Below are positions 39,430-49,624 of a stretch of 64,000 bases of DNA, piece after piece; position 1 is the first letter of the stretch, and every line of letters starts with the position of its first letter. The DNA is taken from NCBI GenBank assembly GCA_965263295.1, contig OZ253665.1:2272001-2336000 (forward strand), given 5' to 3'. The notes under the pieces are model-generated. The model worked only from the letters and a program-made list of their open reading frames with translations. It had not been told where the DNA came from and made no database searches. Origin of the DNA: Spirochaetia bacterium. GTDB taxonomy: Bacteria; Spirochaetota; Spirochaetia; SP-2023. Made by a program: the position numbers and the translations under genes.

Positions 39430-41958
39430 ATGTCCGATGAAGCCCGAGACTCAGGCTCTGTTTATCCCATAACCATTGAAGAGGAAGTACAAAAATCCTA
39501 TCTCACTTATGCGATGTCGGTCATTGTTTCGCGCGCCTTGCCCGACGTGCGCGACGGCCTGAAACCGGTGCACCGCCGCATCCTGTATTCCATGAACGAC
39601 ATGGGGCTACACCACAGCCGCCAGCCGCGTAAAGCGGTGCGCGTGGTCGGGGACGTATTGGCCAAGTATCACCCGCACGGAGACCAGTCCGTCTACGATG
39701 CGCTGGTGCGCATGGCCCAGGATTTCTCCCTGCGCGAGCCCATGATCGAAGGCCAAGGTAACTTTGGTTCAATTGATGGCGATCCGCCGGCGGCCATGCG
39801 CTATACCGAAGCCCGGCTTGCCGCCGTCTCCGAAGCCATGCTGCGCGATCTCAAAAAGGATACGGTCGATTTCCAGCCCAACTTTGACGATACGGATAGC
39901 GAACCGGTGGTTTTGCCGGCGGCCATGCCCTTCTTGCTGGTCAACGGCGCCAGCGGCATCGCCGTGGGCATGGCCACGAATATTGCGCCCCACAACCTGC
40001 GGGAAGTTTGCCAGGCTATCTGCGCCTTGATTGCGGACCCCGAGCTCAGCGATCAGGATTTATTCGCCCATGTCCAAGGCCCCGATTTCCCAACGGGCGG
40101 CATTGTCTGCGGCCTGCGCGGCGCGCGCCAAGCCTACCTGACGGGCAAGGGCCAGGTAATCATGCGCGCGCGTCACCGGCTCGAAACTTTGCACGTCGAG
40201 CGCGAAGCCATCGTAGTCACGGAAATCCCTTACATGGTCAACAAAGCCAACATGGTCATGAAAATTGCCGAGCTGGTGCGCGACAAACGCATCGACGGCA
40301 TTGCGGATCTGCGAGACGAGTCGGATCGCAACGGTATCCGCATCGTGATTGAGCTAAAAAAAGGGTTCCCACCGGAGATACTTCTGAACCAGCTGTACAC
40401 CCTCAGCCCGCTGCAGAGCTCTTTCCATGTCAACAACCTCGCGCTTGACCATGGCCGGCCCCGACTCTTCACCCTGCGTGAGATGATCCGGGCATTCGTC
40501 TCCCACCGCTTTGAAGTTCAGCAACGTCGTATCCGCTTTGATCTGCGCAAGACCAAGGAGCGGGCACATATTTTGGAAGGCCTGAAGGTCGCGCAGGATA
40601 ATATTGATGCCGTTATTGAATTGATCCGTTCTTCGAGCACGGTGGAAGCGGCCCGGCAGGGTTTGATGCACGGTTTTGGCCTTTCCGAGCTCCAGGCCGT
40701 GGCCATTCTGGAAATGCGCCTGCAGCGTTTGACCAGCATGGAAGTGCGGAAAATCGTGGATGAGCTCAACGAGTGCTACCGTTTGATCGCGGAACTGGAA
40801 GACCTTTTGGCTCACCATGAGAAAATCTATGGCCTGGTCAGCGCCGAGACACGTGAACTCGGCGAAAAATACGGCACGCCCCGACGTACCGATATTTCGG
40901 CCGTGGAAGTCGATGGCTCAATTTCGATGGAAGATCTGATCCAGGAAGAGGAAATGGTGGTGTTGATTTCCCACCAGGGCTTTGTCAAGCGCATTCCCGC
41001 CAGCGAGTACAAGGAACAAAGCCGAGGCGGCAAGGGTATGCGCGTCTCCCAGCTCCGCGCCAACGACTTTGTCGAGCATATTTTTATCGCGAATACCCAC
41101 CACTACATTCTATTTGTCAGCACCGAAGGCAAAGCCTACCACCTGAAAGTCTACGAGCTGCCCGAGGGTTCCAAGGCGTCCAAGGGCAAGCACATACGCA
41201 ATCTCTTTGGCTTTGAGGCAGATGAAGACATTACCGCCTACGTCGTCTTGCCCGAGTTCAGGCAAGACACGTATTTGTTTATGGCCACACAGCGCGGCGT
41301 GGTTAAACGCGTCACGACGCACGAGTTCCGCAATGCCAAGGTGCGTGGCATCCGCGCCATTGAGCTGGACGAAGGGGACCACCTGGTAGGTGCCGAGTTG
41401 ACCAACGGCAACCTCGACTTGCTGCTGCTGACCCGCAAAGGCAAGGCTCTGCGCTTCAATGAAAGCGAAATCCGCGTCACTGGGCGCACAGCGCGGGGCG
41501 TGCGCGGCATGCGGCTCAAAGATGGCGACCACCTGATCAGTGTCTGCTGCCAGCACGAAGAACACTCACAATTAATGCTCATCAGCCAAAACGGCATCGG
41601 CAAGCGCCTGGCCTTTGACCTGTTTACACCCCATGCCCGCGGCACTCAGGGCCAGCGCAGCTACACGATCAACGATAAAACCGGCCCTCTGGTCGACGTC
41701 AAGACCGTCCACGACGATGACGCGGCGATCGTGACCACGGAGCAGGGCAAGGCCATCCGTATCGCGGTCGCCAAAATTTCCAGCCTGGGGCGCACAGCCT
41801 CGGGCGTGCGCCTGCTGCGTGCCGGTGCGGGCGACAATGTCGCCGGCCTGGCCATCATTGGTCCGCAGGAAGATGCAGAGAGTCCGCAAATGGAGGAAGC
41901 CGAACCGGAAAGCGAAGTCCTGGGCGGTGACGAAGTTCCACCCCCAAACGAGGACTGA
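39430..41958 (+). CDS. gyrA: DNA gyrase subunit A
   Basis: RALPDVRDGLKPVHRR, YHPHGD, AAMRYTE, GyrA-box QSRGGKG and six-blade CTD. Confidence 0.96.
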   Translation: MSDEARDSGSVYPITIEEEVQKSYLTYAMSVIVSRALPDVRDGLKPVHRRILYSMNDMGLHHSRQPRKAVRVVGDVLAKYHPHGDQSVYDALVRMAQDFSLREPMIEGQGNFGSIDGDPPAAMRYTEARLAAVSEAMLRDLKKDTVDFQPNFDDTDSEPVVLPAAMPFLLVNGASGIAVGMATNIAPHNLREVCQAICALIADPELSDQDLFAHVQGPDFPTGGIVCGLRGARQAYLTGKGQVIMRARHRLETLHVEREAIVVTEIPYMVNKANMVMKIAELVRDKRIDGIADLRDESDRNGIRIVIELKKGFPPEILLNQLYTLSPLQSSFHVNNLALDHGRPRLFTLREMIRAFVSHRFEVQQRRIRFDLRKTKERAHILEGLKVAQDNIDAVIELIRSSSTVEAARQGLMHGFGLSELQAVAILEMRLQRLTSMEVRKIVDELNECYRLIAELEDLLAHHEKIYGLVSAETRELGEKYGTPRRTDISAVEVDGSISMEDLIQEEEMVVLISHQGFVKRIPASEYKEQSRGGKGMRVSQLRANDFVEHIFIANTHHYILFVSTEGKAYHLKVYELPEGSKASKGKHIRNLFGFEADEDITAYVVLPEFRQDTYLFMATQRGVVKRVTTHEFRNAKVRGIRAIELDEGDHLVGAELTNGNLDLLLLTRKGKALRFNESEIRVTGRTARGVRGMRLKDGDHLISVCCQHEEHSQLMLISQNGIGKRLAFDLFTPHARGTQGQRSYTINDKTGPLVDVKTVHDDDAAIVTTEQGKAIRIAVAKISSLGRTASGVRLLRAGAGDNVAGLAIIGPQEDAESPQMEEAEPESEVLGGDEVPPPNED

Positions 41959-42000
41959 CGAGGACTGACGAGGACGGACAAAAGACTGACAAGGACTAAA
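41948..42000. repeat. 10-bp tandem repeat ACGAGGACTG, degenerating, spanning the gyrA stop codon
   Basis: Read directly. Confidence 0.85.
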
Positions 42001-42011
42001 ATGACAAACCG

Positions 42012-43835
42012 ATGCTCCACCTGCTAAGACGCTTCTACCAACTTTATGGCGCAGGCTTTCGCAAACGTTTCGTCGCCAACACGGGCATGGCCATTGTTGC
42101 TGGCTTCCTTGAGGTCGCCGGCGTGGCTTTGATCTATCCGCTGTTGCACATCCTGCTGGAACCAGACTTCATATTTAAGAATACCCTGTTAAACCAAGCC
42201 TACAATTTCTTGCAGCTGCGCAATCCGAACCAGCTGGTCGCCCTGTTGGCCATCGTGATCGTTGGGGTCTTCATCCTGAAAAACCTATACATGGTCCTGT
42301 TTACCCGCCTGCAGCTCAACTTGGTGCGCGACTGGAAGATCAAAGTGCGCGGCCAGTTAATGCGTTATTACCTGCAGAGTTCCTACATTCTCTTCTTGGA
42401 ACGCAATACCGCCGTCATGGTGCGCAATATTGATTCTTTCGCGTCAAGGGCAATCAATGGTGTCGTCCTTTCGCTGATCAACCTGACTGTCAACGTCATC
42501 GTCGGCGCCTTTATCCTGCTGGCGATCAGCTCCAGCTACTTCCTGTATCTCTTGGTGATGGTCGCCGCCGCATCCGCGGTCGTTTATTTCTTGCACAGGC
42601 GGATGCGCCGCAAACTGTATCTGTTGGGCCAGCGGGAGCAGGCCGCGGCCATTGAAGAACGCAAGGTCTTGACCCAGGCCTTTTCCTCCATCAAGGAAAC
42701 CAAAGTGAGCAACGCCGAGGAATTTTTTGTCGAAAGTTTTGCTTCGGTCAACTTTGACGTGGCGGATGCGGAGAGCCGGCTTGTTTACTATCAGCGCATT
42801 CCACCGTTCATCCTTGAGGTCATTGTGATCCTGGGCATAATGGTTATGAGCGCCGGCGCCTTAATGGCCAACCAGACTGCCGGCGACGGTTCCGCCGCAG
42901 GTCTAGTGTCTTCCCTGGGCATGCTGGCCGCGGCGGCTTTTCGACTGGCGCCACTGTTCAGCCGCGTGATCGCAGCCCTGAATGGCATCAGTGCGGGCAA
43001 GCCGCACTTGCAGGTCATAATCAGGGAAGCCGAAATGCCCGGTTTTTTCGCCGCACAAACACGGGATTTGGCCACCGCCGTGGAGCAGCTGTCATTGCAG
43101 CGCGAAATCCGTTTTCAAAATGTCCGTTTTGCCTATCCCAAAGGCGAGGTTCCGGCGCTAAAGAATCTGAATCTCAGCATTCGGCGCGGGGAGTTTGTCG
43201 GTATCGTCGGGGCCTCTGGCGCCGGCAAAAGTACCTTTGCCGACTTATTGCTGGGGCTAATTGAACCGCAGGAAGGGCAAATCCTCATTGATGACGTGCC
43301 GATTGGCGCAGAAAACGTGCGCGGCTGGCGGGCCAAGATCGGCTACGTGCCACAAGCCATTGTCCTCATTGATACCACCGTGCGCGAAAGTGTCGCCTTT
43401 GGCGTCGCCCCGCAGGAAATTGACGATGAGCGCGTGACGAGTGCGCTGAAGAAGGCCAGCCTGTGGGAATTTGTCCAGACCCTGCCCGGCGGCATCTACG
43501 CCGCAGTCGGCGAAGGCGGCAAGAATTTTTCCGGCGGGCAGCGCCAGCGCATCGCCATTGCCCGCGCCTTGTATCGCGACGTCGAAGTATTGGTGCTGGA
43601 TGAGGCCACCTCGGCCCTGGATAACGTCACCGAATATGAAGTGGCTTCGGCCATAGAAGCCCTGCGCGGAGCGTGCACGATTCTAGTCATCGCTCACCGA
43701 CTTTCAACGCTCAAACGCAGCGACCGAATTTTGTTTTTCCGCGACGGCCAGTTGGTCGACAGCGGCAATTTCACCGAACTATCTCGACACAAAGACTTTG
43801 AGTATATGCTGGAGGTCTCGAAAATTGAGTTTTAA
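42012..43835 (+). CDS. ABC exporter, fused permease/ATPase (PglK-like glycan flippase candidate)
   Basis: N-terminal TM domain with RL.P motif; GASGAGKST, FSGGQRQRI, LDEATSALD, IAHRLST. Confidence 0.85.
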   Translation: MLHLLRRFYQLYGAGFRKRFVANTGMAIVAGFLEVAGVALIYPLLHILLEPDFIFKNTLLNQAYNFLQLRNPNQLVALLAIVIVGVFILKNLYMVLFTRLQLNLVRDWKIKVRGQLMRYYLQSSYILFLERNTAVMVRNIDSFASRAINGVVLSLINLTVNVIVGAFILLAISSSYFLYLLVMVAAASAVVYFLHRRMRRKLYLLGQREQAAAIEERKVLTQAFSSIKETKVSNAEEFFVESFASVNFDVADAESRLVYYQRIPPFILEVIVILGIMVMSAGALMANQTAGDGSAAGLVSSLGMLAAAAFRLAPLFSRVIAALNGISAGKPHLQVIIREAEMPGFFAAQTRDLATAVEQLSLQREIRFQNVRFAYPKGEVPALKNLNLSIRRGEFVGIVGASGAGKSTFADLLLGLIEPQEGQILIDDVPIGAENVRGWRAKIGYVPQAIVLIDTTVRESVAFGVAPQEIDDERVTSALKKASLWEFVQTLPGGIYAAVGEGGKNFSGGQRQRIAIARALYRDVEVLVLDEATSALDNVTEYEVASAIEALRGACTILVIAHRLSTLKRSDRILFFRDGQLVDSGNFTELSRHKDFEYMLEVSKIEF

Positions 43836-43875
43836 CGGCAGTACCATGAATGCAAATGCAAAGGAGGGGCAGACG

Positions 43876-44655
43876 ATGAATTATCTGGCTCTGGGACAAA
43901 GAATTTCGGCCTGGCTGCGCGATTACCTCTGCGAAAGTGGCCTAAGCTGTTTTGTCGTCGGTGTTTCCGGCGGCATTGACTCGGCTGTGACCTCCACCCT
44001 GGCGGCCCAGACGGGCGCCAAGACGTATGCCCTGAATTTGCCGATCCACTCCCAGTCACAAAATAGCCGGCTGGCCGACTTACACTGCCGCCAGCTGGCC
44101 GCGCGTTTTACGAATGTGGAGCACCTGCGGCAGGATTTTAGCCATGCCTACGACGCCTTTATGCGGGCAGCCGAGCCCGCCGGCCCTGCCCATGAGCTCG
44201 CGGCGGCCAACAGTAAGTCCCGCCTGCGCATGATGGCGCTGTATTATTGGGCCGGCAAGTGCGGCGGCCTAGTCGTCGGCACCGGCAACAAGGTGGAAGA
44301 TTTTGGCGTCGGCTTTTTCACCAAGTATGGCGACGGCGGCGTGGATGTCAGCCCGATTGCCGACTTGGGCAAGACCCAAGTGCGCGAGCTGGGCCGGGCC
44401 CTGCAAGTCTGCCCGGAAATCATCGCCGCCCCGCCGACTGACGGCCTGTGGCAGGACGGGCGCAGCGACGAGCAGCAGCTCGGTGCCAGCTACGAAGAGT
44501 TGGAGCAGGCCATGGCGGCCGAGGCCGAGGGCAAGGCCCCACAGAGCGAGCGCGAGCACGAGGTGCTGAGTATCTATCGCGGCTTCCAGCGTAGAAATCG
44601 GCACAAGATGCGGGCTATTCCGGTCTTTCGCGTTGCGGAGAATAACGAAATTTAG
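43876..44655 (+). CDS. nadE: NH3-dependent NAD+ synthetase
   Basis: GVSGGIDSAV, N.KSRLRM, GTGNKVE, FFTKYGDGG, PTDGLW; AAGGAGG RBS. Confidence 0.95.
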   Translation: MNYLALGQRISAWLRDYLCESGLSCFVVGVSGGIDSAVTSTLAAQTGAKTYALNLPIHSQSQNSRLADLHCRQLAARFTNVEHLRQDFSHAYDAFMRAAEPAGPAHELAAANSKSRLRMMALYYWAGKCGGLVVGTGNKVEDFGVGFFTKYGDGGVDVSPIADLGKTQVRELGRALQVCPEIIAAPPTDGLWQDGRSDEQQLGASYEELEQAMAAEAEGKAPQSEREHEVLSIYRGFQRRNRHKMRAIPVFRVAENNEI

Positions 44656-44773
44656 CTGGAAGGCTTGGCTGAAATATATCACTTTTGATCTGTGTGCGAT
44701 TCTCTTGGGCAGTATGCCTATAATCTTTAAACTAGTCGTTTTTTTTATTGAAAATGCTGTAGCGGACTGATAA

Positions 44774-45463
44774 ATGAATGTCATATTAATTCCGGCAAGA
44801 GGTGGCTCAAAAGGGTTGCCGAAGAAAAATATAATACCTTTAGCAGGGAAACCTCTTATCGGTTGGACCATACTCGCAGCCATCAACAGCCAAGTTACAG
44901 ATAAAGTGTTCGTTTCAACAGAAAACGATGAAATTGCAGAAATCAGTGAAAGATTTGGCGCCGACATTATTTTAAGACCAGCAAATCTGGCTTTGGATAA
45001 TACCAGTAGTGATGAAGTAGTACAACATGCTATTGAATATTTAAAGCAGCGCTTTAACCATCTAGAGACGCTATTGCTACTTCAGCCCACGTCTCCTCTG
45101 AGAGGGGCATGTCATATAAGGGAGGCATTGGAGTTGTACAGATCTAAGAAAGCTGATAGCGTTATCAGTGTCTATGAACCAGAACATACCCCGGTAAAAG
45201 CTTATATAGAGCGAGAAGACGGTACATTGACAGGACTGTTCAGCCCAGATGCTCCCTATTCCAGAAGACAAGTCCTGCCCAGGGCGTTTCAGCCGAATGG
45301 CGCCATTTACATTGTTTCTGTCGCATGTTTTTGTTTAAATCATCAATTGCCGAGAGAAAATATTTATCCCTATGTGATGTCTATAAAAGATTCTATCGAT
45401 ATTGATACACTAGAAGACCTCAATAAAGCAGAAAAATTTTTAAAGGAAAGAAATAGTGGCTAA
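44774..45463 (+). CDS. neuA: Acylneuraminate cytidylyltransferase
   Basis: [34 protein letters not shown]. Confidence 0.93.
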   Translation: MNVILIPARGGSKGLPKKNIIPLAGKPLIGWTILAAINSQVTDKVFVSTENDEIAEISERFGADIILRPANLALDNTSSDEVVQHAIEYLKQRFNHLETLLLLQPTSPLRGACHIREALELYRSKKADSVISVYEPEHTPVKAYIEREDGTLTGLFSPDAPYSRRQVLPRAFQPNGAIYIVSVACFCLNHQLPRENIYPYVMSIKDSIDIDTLEDLNKAEKFLKERNSG

Positions 45464-46502
45464 CCCGTTTTTTGAGATATCAGGGCGAAAAATTGGATTG
45501 GACTATGAACCGCTGGTGATTGCTGAAATCGGTATTAATCATGAGGGATCGCTGAAAGTTGCTTTTGAAATGGCCGATGCAGCTGTAAAAGCAGGAGCTG
45601 AAATTATAAAGCACCAAACTCATATCCTAGCAGATGAGATGAGTCAGGAAGCGAAAAGTGTCATTCCTGGAAATGAAAATGTTTCAATCTATGAAGTAAT
45701 GGAACGCTGTGCTCTTAGCGAAGAAGATGAGATAAAACTGAAAGAATATGTTGAATCTAAGGGAGCAATATTTATTAGCACGCCCTTTTCGAGGGCTGCA
45801 GCACTGCGTTTAGAACGTATGGAGGTGCCGGCCTACAAGATCGGTTCGGGCGAGTGCAATAATTATCCTCTACTGGATTTGATTGCTCGCTTTGGTAAAC
45901 CAATAATATTGAGTACTGGTATGAATAGCATTCCTTCAATCATTAAAGCCGTTAATATTTTCAAAAAATACTGTATTCCTTTCTGCCTGTTGCATACGAC
46001 AAACCTTTATCCTACTCCTGATCATTTGATCCGAATTGGAGCGATGCAGGAGCTACAAAGAAATTTTCCCGATATTGTGGTGGGCTTATCGGATCATAGC
46101 ATTGATAACTTGGCTTGTCTGGGCGCGGTAGCTGCGGGGGCCTGTGTGTTAGAGCGTCATTTTACCGATAGCAAAGAACGCCCAGGACCTGATATTTGCT
46201 GCTCCATGGATGCCAAAGAGTGTGCAGAACTGATACTGCAATCTAAAAGGATGGCTAAAATGCGCGGAGGATTTAAAAGTAAGATCAAAGAGGAGCAAGT
46301 TACTGTCGACTTCTCTAATGCCAGCGTCGTGACAATAAAAAACATTCAAAAAGGCGAAAGTTTTACTCGTGATAACCTGTGGGTCAAGCGTCCAGGTACG
46401 GGAGACTTTCTAGCCGAAGATTATCAGGGCCTATTAGGCAAATTTGCCCGGCAGGATATTGCCAGCAATGTGCAACTTAAAAAAGGACATGTGGCGCAAT
46501 AA
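45456..46502 (+). CDS. neuB: N-acetylneuraminate synthase
   Basis: [40 protein letters not shown] and C-terminal SAF domain (KRPGTG). Confidence 0.93.
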   Translation: MANPFFEISGRKIGLDYEPLVIAEIGINHEGSLKVAFEMADAAVKAGAEIIKHQTHILADEMSQEAKSVIPGNENVSIYEVMERCALSEEDEIKLKEYVESKGAIFISTPFSRAAALRLERMEVPAYKIGSGECNNYPLLDLIARFGKPIILSTGMNSIPSIIKAVNIFKKYCIPFCLLHTTNLYPTPDHLIRIGAMQELQRNFPDIVVGLSDHSIDNLACLGAVAAGACVLERHFTDSKERPGPDICCSMDAKECAELILQSKRMAKMRGGFKSKIKEEQVTVDFSNASVVTIKNIQKGESFTRDNLWVKRPGTGDFLAEDYQGLLGKFARQDIASNVQLKKGHVAQ

Positions 46503-47629
46503 TGAACAAGAAAATACTCTTTTTAACATCTACTAGAGCTGACTTTGGCAAGATGAAAAGCTTGATTTACAAAGCTGAACAAGAAGAATATCTTAGTTGC
46601 CATATTTTTGTAACGGGAATGCACATGCTCAGAAAATATGGTATGACAGCTAAGGAAGTTGTAGATGCGGGATTTCAATCCATTTATAAATACGTAAATC
46701 AGAATGCTCAAGACAGCATGGATATAATCCTTGCAAAAACGATTCATGGATTGTCAGACTATGTAAAAGAGCTTCAACCCGACATGATTGTAATTCATGG
46801 AGATCGTGTTGAAACTATGGCCGGAGCAATAGTCGGTGCTCTAAACAATATCTTGGTTGCCCATGTCGAGGGAGGGGAAGTATCTGGGACGATTGATGAG
46901 TTGATTCGTCATTCTGTAACCAAGATGTCTCACATACATTTTGTCTGCAATGATTCGGCAAAAGCTAGACTAGTTCAGCTAGGGGAATTGTTGAGTAGCA
47001 TATTTGTTATAGGCTCTCCCGATCTGGATGTCATGATTTCTTCAGAACTTCCGAATCTGGAAGAAACAAAGTCCAGGTATCAAATTGATTTTAAAGAATA
47101 TGCTCTGTTTATTTATCATCCTGTCACAACTGATATTCCTAATCTGAAAGAAAATATACACAATACAATTGAGGCTCTCATAGAATCTCAAAAAAATTAT
47201 ATAGTTATCTATCCCAATAATGACCACGGCACAGAAATAATTCTTGAAGAACTGAAACAATTACATGCAAATAGACGTTTTAAGATCTTTCCAAGTCTCA
47301 GGTTTGAATGTTTCCTGACTCTGCTAAAACATTCTAATTTTATGATTGGAAATTCTAGTGCAGTTGTCCGGGAAGCTCCTTTTTATGGGCTGCCTTCCAT
47401 AAATTTGGGTTCCAGACAAAACAACAGGGCCAAAGCAAAAACGATAATACACTGCAGAGAAATAAAATCAGATATCTTGTCTTCCATACAATCCATCGAG
47501 AATATTTGTTCTGAAAAAATAACAGAGTTTGGCAGGGGCGATAGCGATAAAAGATTCATCGCTGTGTTAAGGTCGACGGCGACCTGGGAGATCAGCAAAC
47601 AAAAAACTTTCGTCGATATCAGCACTTAA
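46502..47629 (+). CDS. neuC: UDP-N-acetylglucosamine 2-epimerase (hydrolysing)
   Basis: TRADFGK, TGMH, HGDRVE, HVEGGEVSGTIDE..RH, GNSS, G.RQ..R. Confidence 0.93.
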   Translation: MNKKILFLTSTRADFGKMKSLIYKAEQEEYLSCHIFVTGMHMLRKYGMTAKEVVDAGFQSIYKYVNQNAQDSMDIILAKTIHGLSDYVKELQPDMIVIHGDRVETMAGAIVGALNNILVAHVEGGEVSGTIDELIRHSVTKMSHIHFVCNDSAKARLVQLGELLSSIFVIGSPDLDVMISSELPNLEETKSRYQIDFKEYALFIYHPVTTDIPNLKENIHNTIEALIESQKNYIVIYPNNDHGTEIILEELKQLHANRRFKIFPSLRFECFLTLLKHSNFMIGNSSAVVREAPFYGLPSINLGSRQNNRAKAKTIIHCREIKSDILSSIQSIENICSEKITEFGRGDSDKRFIAVLRSTATWEISKQKTFVDIST

Positions 47630-47652
47630 AAATTTAACAAATAGGAGAAATA

Positions 47653-47718
47653 ATGAAAATTCTACATATTGCTAGTTTCTCTGGGAATATTGAAGCTTCA
47701 ACAAAATTGTTTGGTTAA
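47653..47718 (+). pseudogene. Truncated gene start after neuC (polysaccharide pyruvyl-transferase-like N-terminus)
   Basis: AGGAG RBS then MKILHIASFSGNI-EASTKLFG*; appears to break inside a GN.GD-type motif. Confidence 0.5.
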
Positions 47719-47721
47719 GCA

Positions 47722-48516
47722 CTATATTTTAGTTAGCTCAAAAATACCACAGCCATATGAACAACCAAAATTAGATTCAATTTCTGAAGATTCTAAATGG
47801 ACGTCTTCATGGAGATCACCTTTACCATCTACGTAAGAAAAGCTGTCAATATTGTACTTTTCTTCAAATAATTTAATTAGATACCCTACAGAAAATACAC
47901 GATGGGCATTGAACTCAATTCTCTGTGGACCAATAGGAACTGAAAAGTATAACTTACCACTTTTCTTTAAAATTTTGTAGATATTATCCAGACCTTTTAA
48001 GTAGCCATCATAGTCCACAGAGTCACCATAGCGCCCTAATCCAAAATGCTCTAGAGCATGCAAGCAAGATAATGAATCGCAGTACTCTTCAAATTCACCT
48101 CTTAACTCTCCCATCAGATCAGCTTGCTTAAAGACAATGTTTTCAATTTTATTGGGTAGTAATCTGATATCTAGTACTTCAATAATGCGATACGTAGCCA
48201 CATGTGCCACGAAACCATCAATTCGAGATCCTACATCAACGTGAACACTTGGACTATTTCTAAATATTTTTTTTGCAACTAGTAAGTCTTGATGAAAGTA
48301 ATGTCCGCTTGCGGAACCAGAGCTCTCAAATCGGTCATGTAAACAAGGGTACCAATTGCCGAATTCGAATTCTTCATTTGAATTACTCTTTTGCTCTCTA
48401 AGTAAATTGTAATCCTTGTAAAATTGAGGGAGTCTCCTAATCGAAACAATGATCCTCTTGAACTTTATTCCATTAGTAGCCAAAATCTGGAGTAGTATTT
48501 TTACTAAATTAATCAT
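47722..48516 (-). CDS. DUF268-family methyltransferase-like protein
   Basis: HYFHQD, HVDVGSRIDGFVAH, SLSCLHALEHFGLGRYGD, FNAHR. Confidence 0.8.
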   Translation of the reverse strand: MINLVKILLQILATNGIKFKRIIVSIRRLPQFYKDYNLLREQKSNSNEEFEFGNWYPCLHDRFESSGSASGHYFHQDLLVAKKIFRNSPSVHVDVGSRIDGFVAHVATYRIIEVLDIRLLPNKIENIVFKQADLMGELRGEFEEYCDSLSCLHALEHFGLGRYGDSVDYDGYLKGLDNIYKILKKSGKLYFSVPIGPQRIEFNAHRVFSVGYLIKLFEEKYNIDSFSYVDGKGDLHEDVHLESSEIESNFGCSYGCGIFELTKI

Positions 48517-48643
48517 TGATCACTCTTGGATAAATAAATCTCTAATTCAAAAATCTTTATAAAATAATTTGCTCCAATTAGACTTTAGTATAATTTTAGG
48601 TTATAGACAAGATTAGAGACAATTTTGTTGTCCTGTTCTACTT

Positions 48644-49603
48644 CTACCCCTGTTCGCGTTTCGCTTTAGTGTGCATATCATAGATGACAGCTAAAGCAAT
48701 AATGGCGCCCCGTACAATCTGTTGTAAGTAAGAATTGACATTGGCCAGATTCATAATATTGTCGAGAACCCCAACGATAAAAGCCCCTGCGACTGTGCCG
48801 CTCGCCGTCCCGATGCCGCCAGAAAAACTAGTTCCACCGATGATGGCTGCGGTCAGGGCATCAAGCTCGTAGCCAATGGCCGCATTGGGAATTCCCGCAT
48901 TCACACGCGACATAAACAGCACACCGGCGATGCCGACAAACAGGCCATTAATCGCAAAGGCGGCTATTTTGCACTTATCAGAATTAATGCCAGAAGCAAT
49001 CGCGGCGGCTTCGTTACCTCCAATGGCAAACAGCGAACGGCCGAGGCGAGTATGCTGCAGGATGTACCAGGAGAGGAGAAATAAAAACAGTAAAAAAACC
49101 ACAGGCGTAGGAACCCCCAGGATACTGCCCTGCCCAAAAACAGTGAAGTTGCCAATCTGATATATATTTTGTCCATTGGTGTACAATAGAGATGCGCCTC
49201 TGGCCATGGCCAACATTGCCAGGGTCGCAATGAAGGCGGGAACCTTAAAGCGCACCACAATCAGGGCATTGATGACATTGGCAACGACACTAATGCCAAT
49301 AGATGTCGCAAATGCGAGGGCAAGTGAACCCGTCATTTTGAAAACGGCCACGGCAAGGACTCCAGAAAGCGCGAGGACAGAGGCACACGAGAGATCAATC
49401 AGTCCGCAGATGATGAGTAAGGTCTCGCCGAACGCCAATATGGTTGTCACCGATATCTGGCGCGAGACATTGGATAGATTCTCAAGACTCAGAAAGTTTG
49501 GATTGATAAATGAAGATACCAGCAACAATATGAAAAGCACAAACAGAATGCTGTAATGCTCTTGTATATATTGATACATATGCTTGATTTTTTTTGCTAT
49601 CAT
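48644..49603 (-). CDS. Monosaccharide ABC transporter permease (RbsC family)
   Basis: IDLS, P.FIATL, T.LGR...AIGGN..AA..SGI, YELDA..A.IIGGTS..GG.G. Confidence 0.92.
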   Translation of the reverse strand: MIAKKIKHMYQYIQEHYSILFVLFILLLVSSFINPNFLSLENLSNVSRQISVTTILAFGETLLIICGLIDLSCASVLALSGVLAVAVFKMTGSLALAFATSIGISVVANVINALIVVRFKVPAFIATLAMLAMARGASLLYTNGQNIYQIGNFTVFGQGSILGVPTPVVFLLFLFLLSWYILQHTRLGRSLFAIGGNEAAAIASGINSDKCKIAAFAINGLFVGIAGVLFMSRVNAGIPNAAIGYELDALTAAIIGGTSFSGGIGTASGTVAGAFIVGVLDNIMNLANVNSYLQQIVRGAIIALAVIYDMHTKAKREQG

Positions 49604-49624
49604 AGTTATATAGTCACCTGAACA

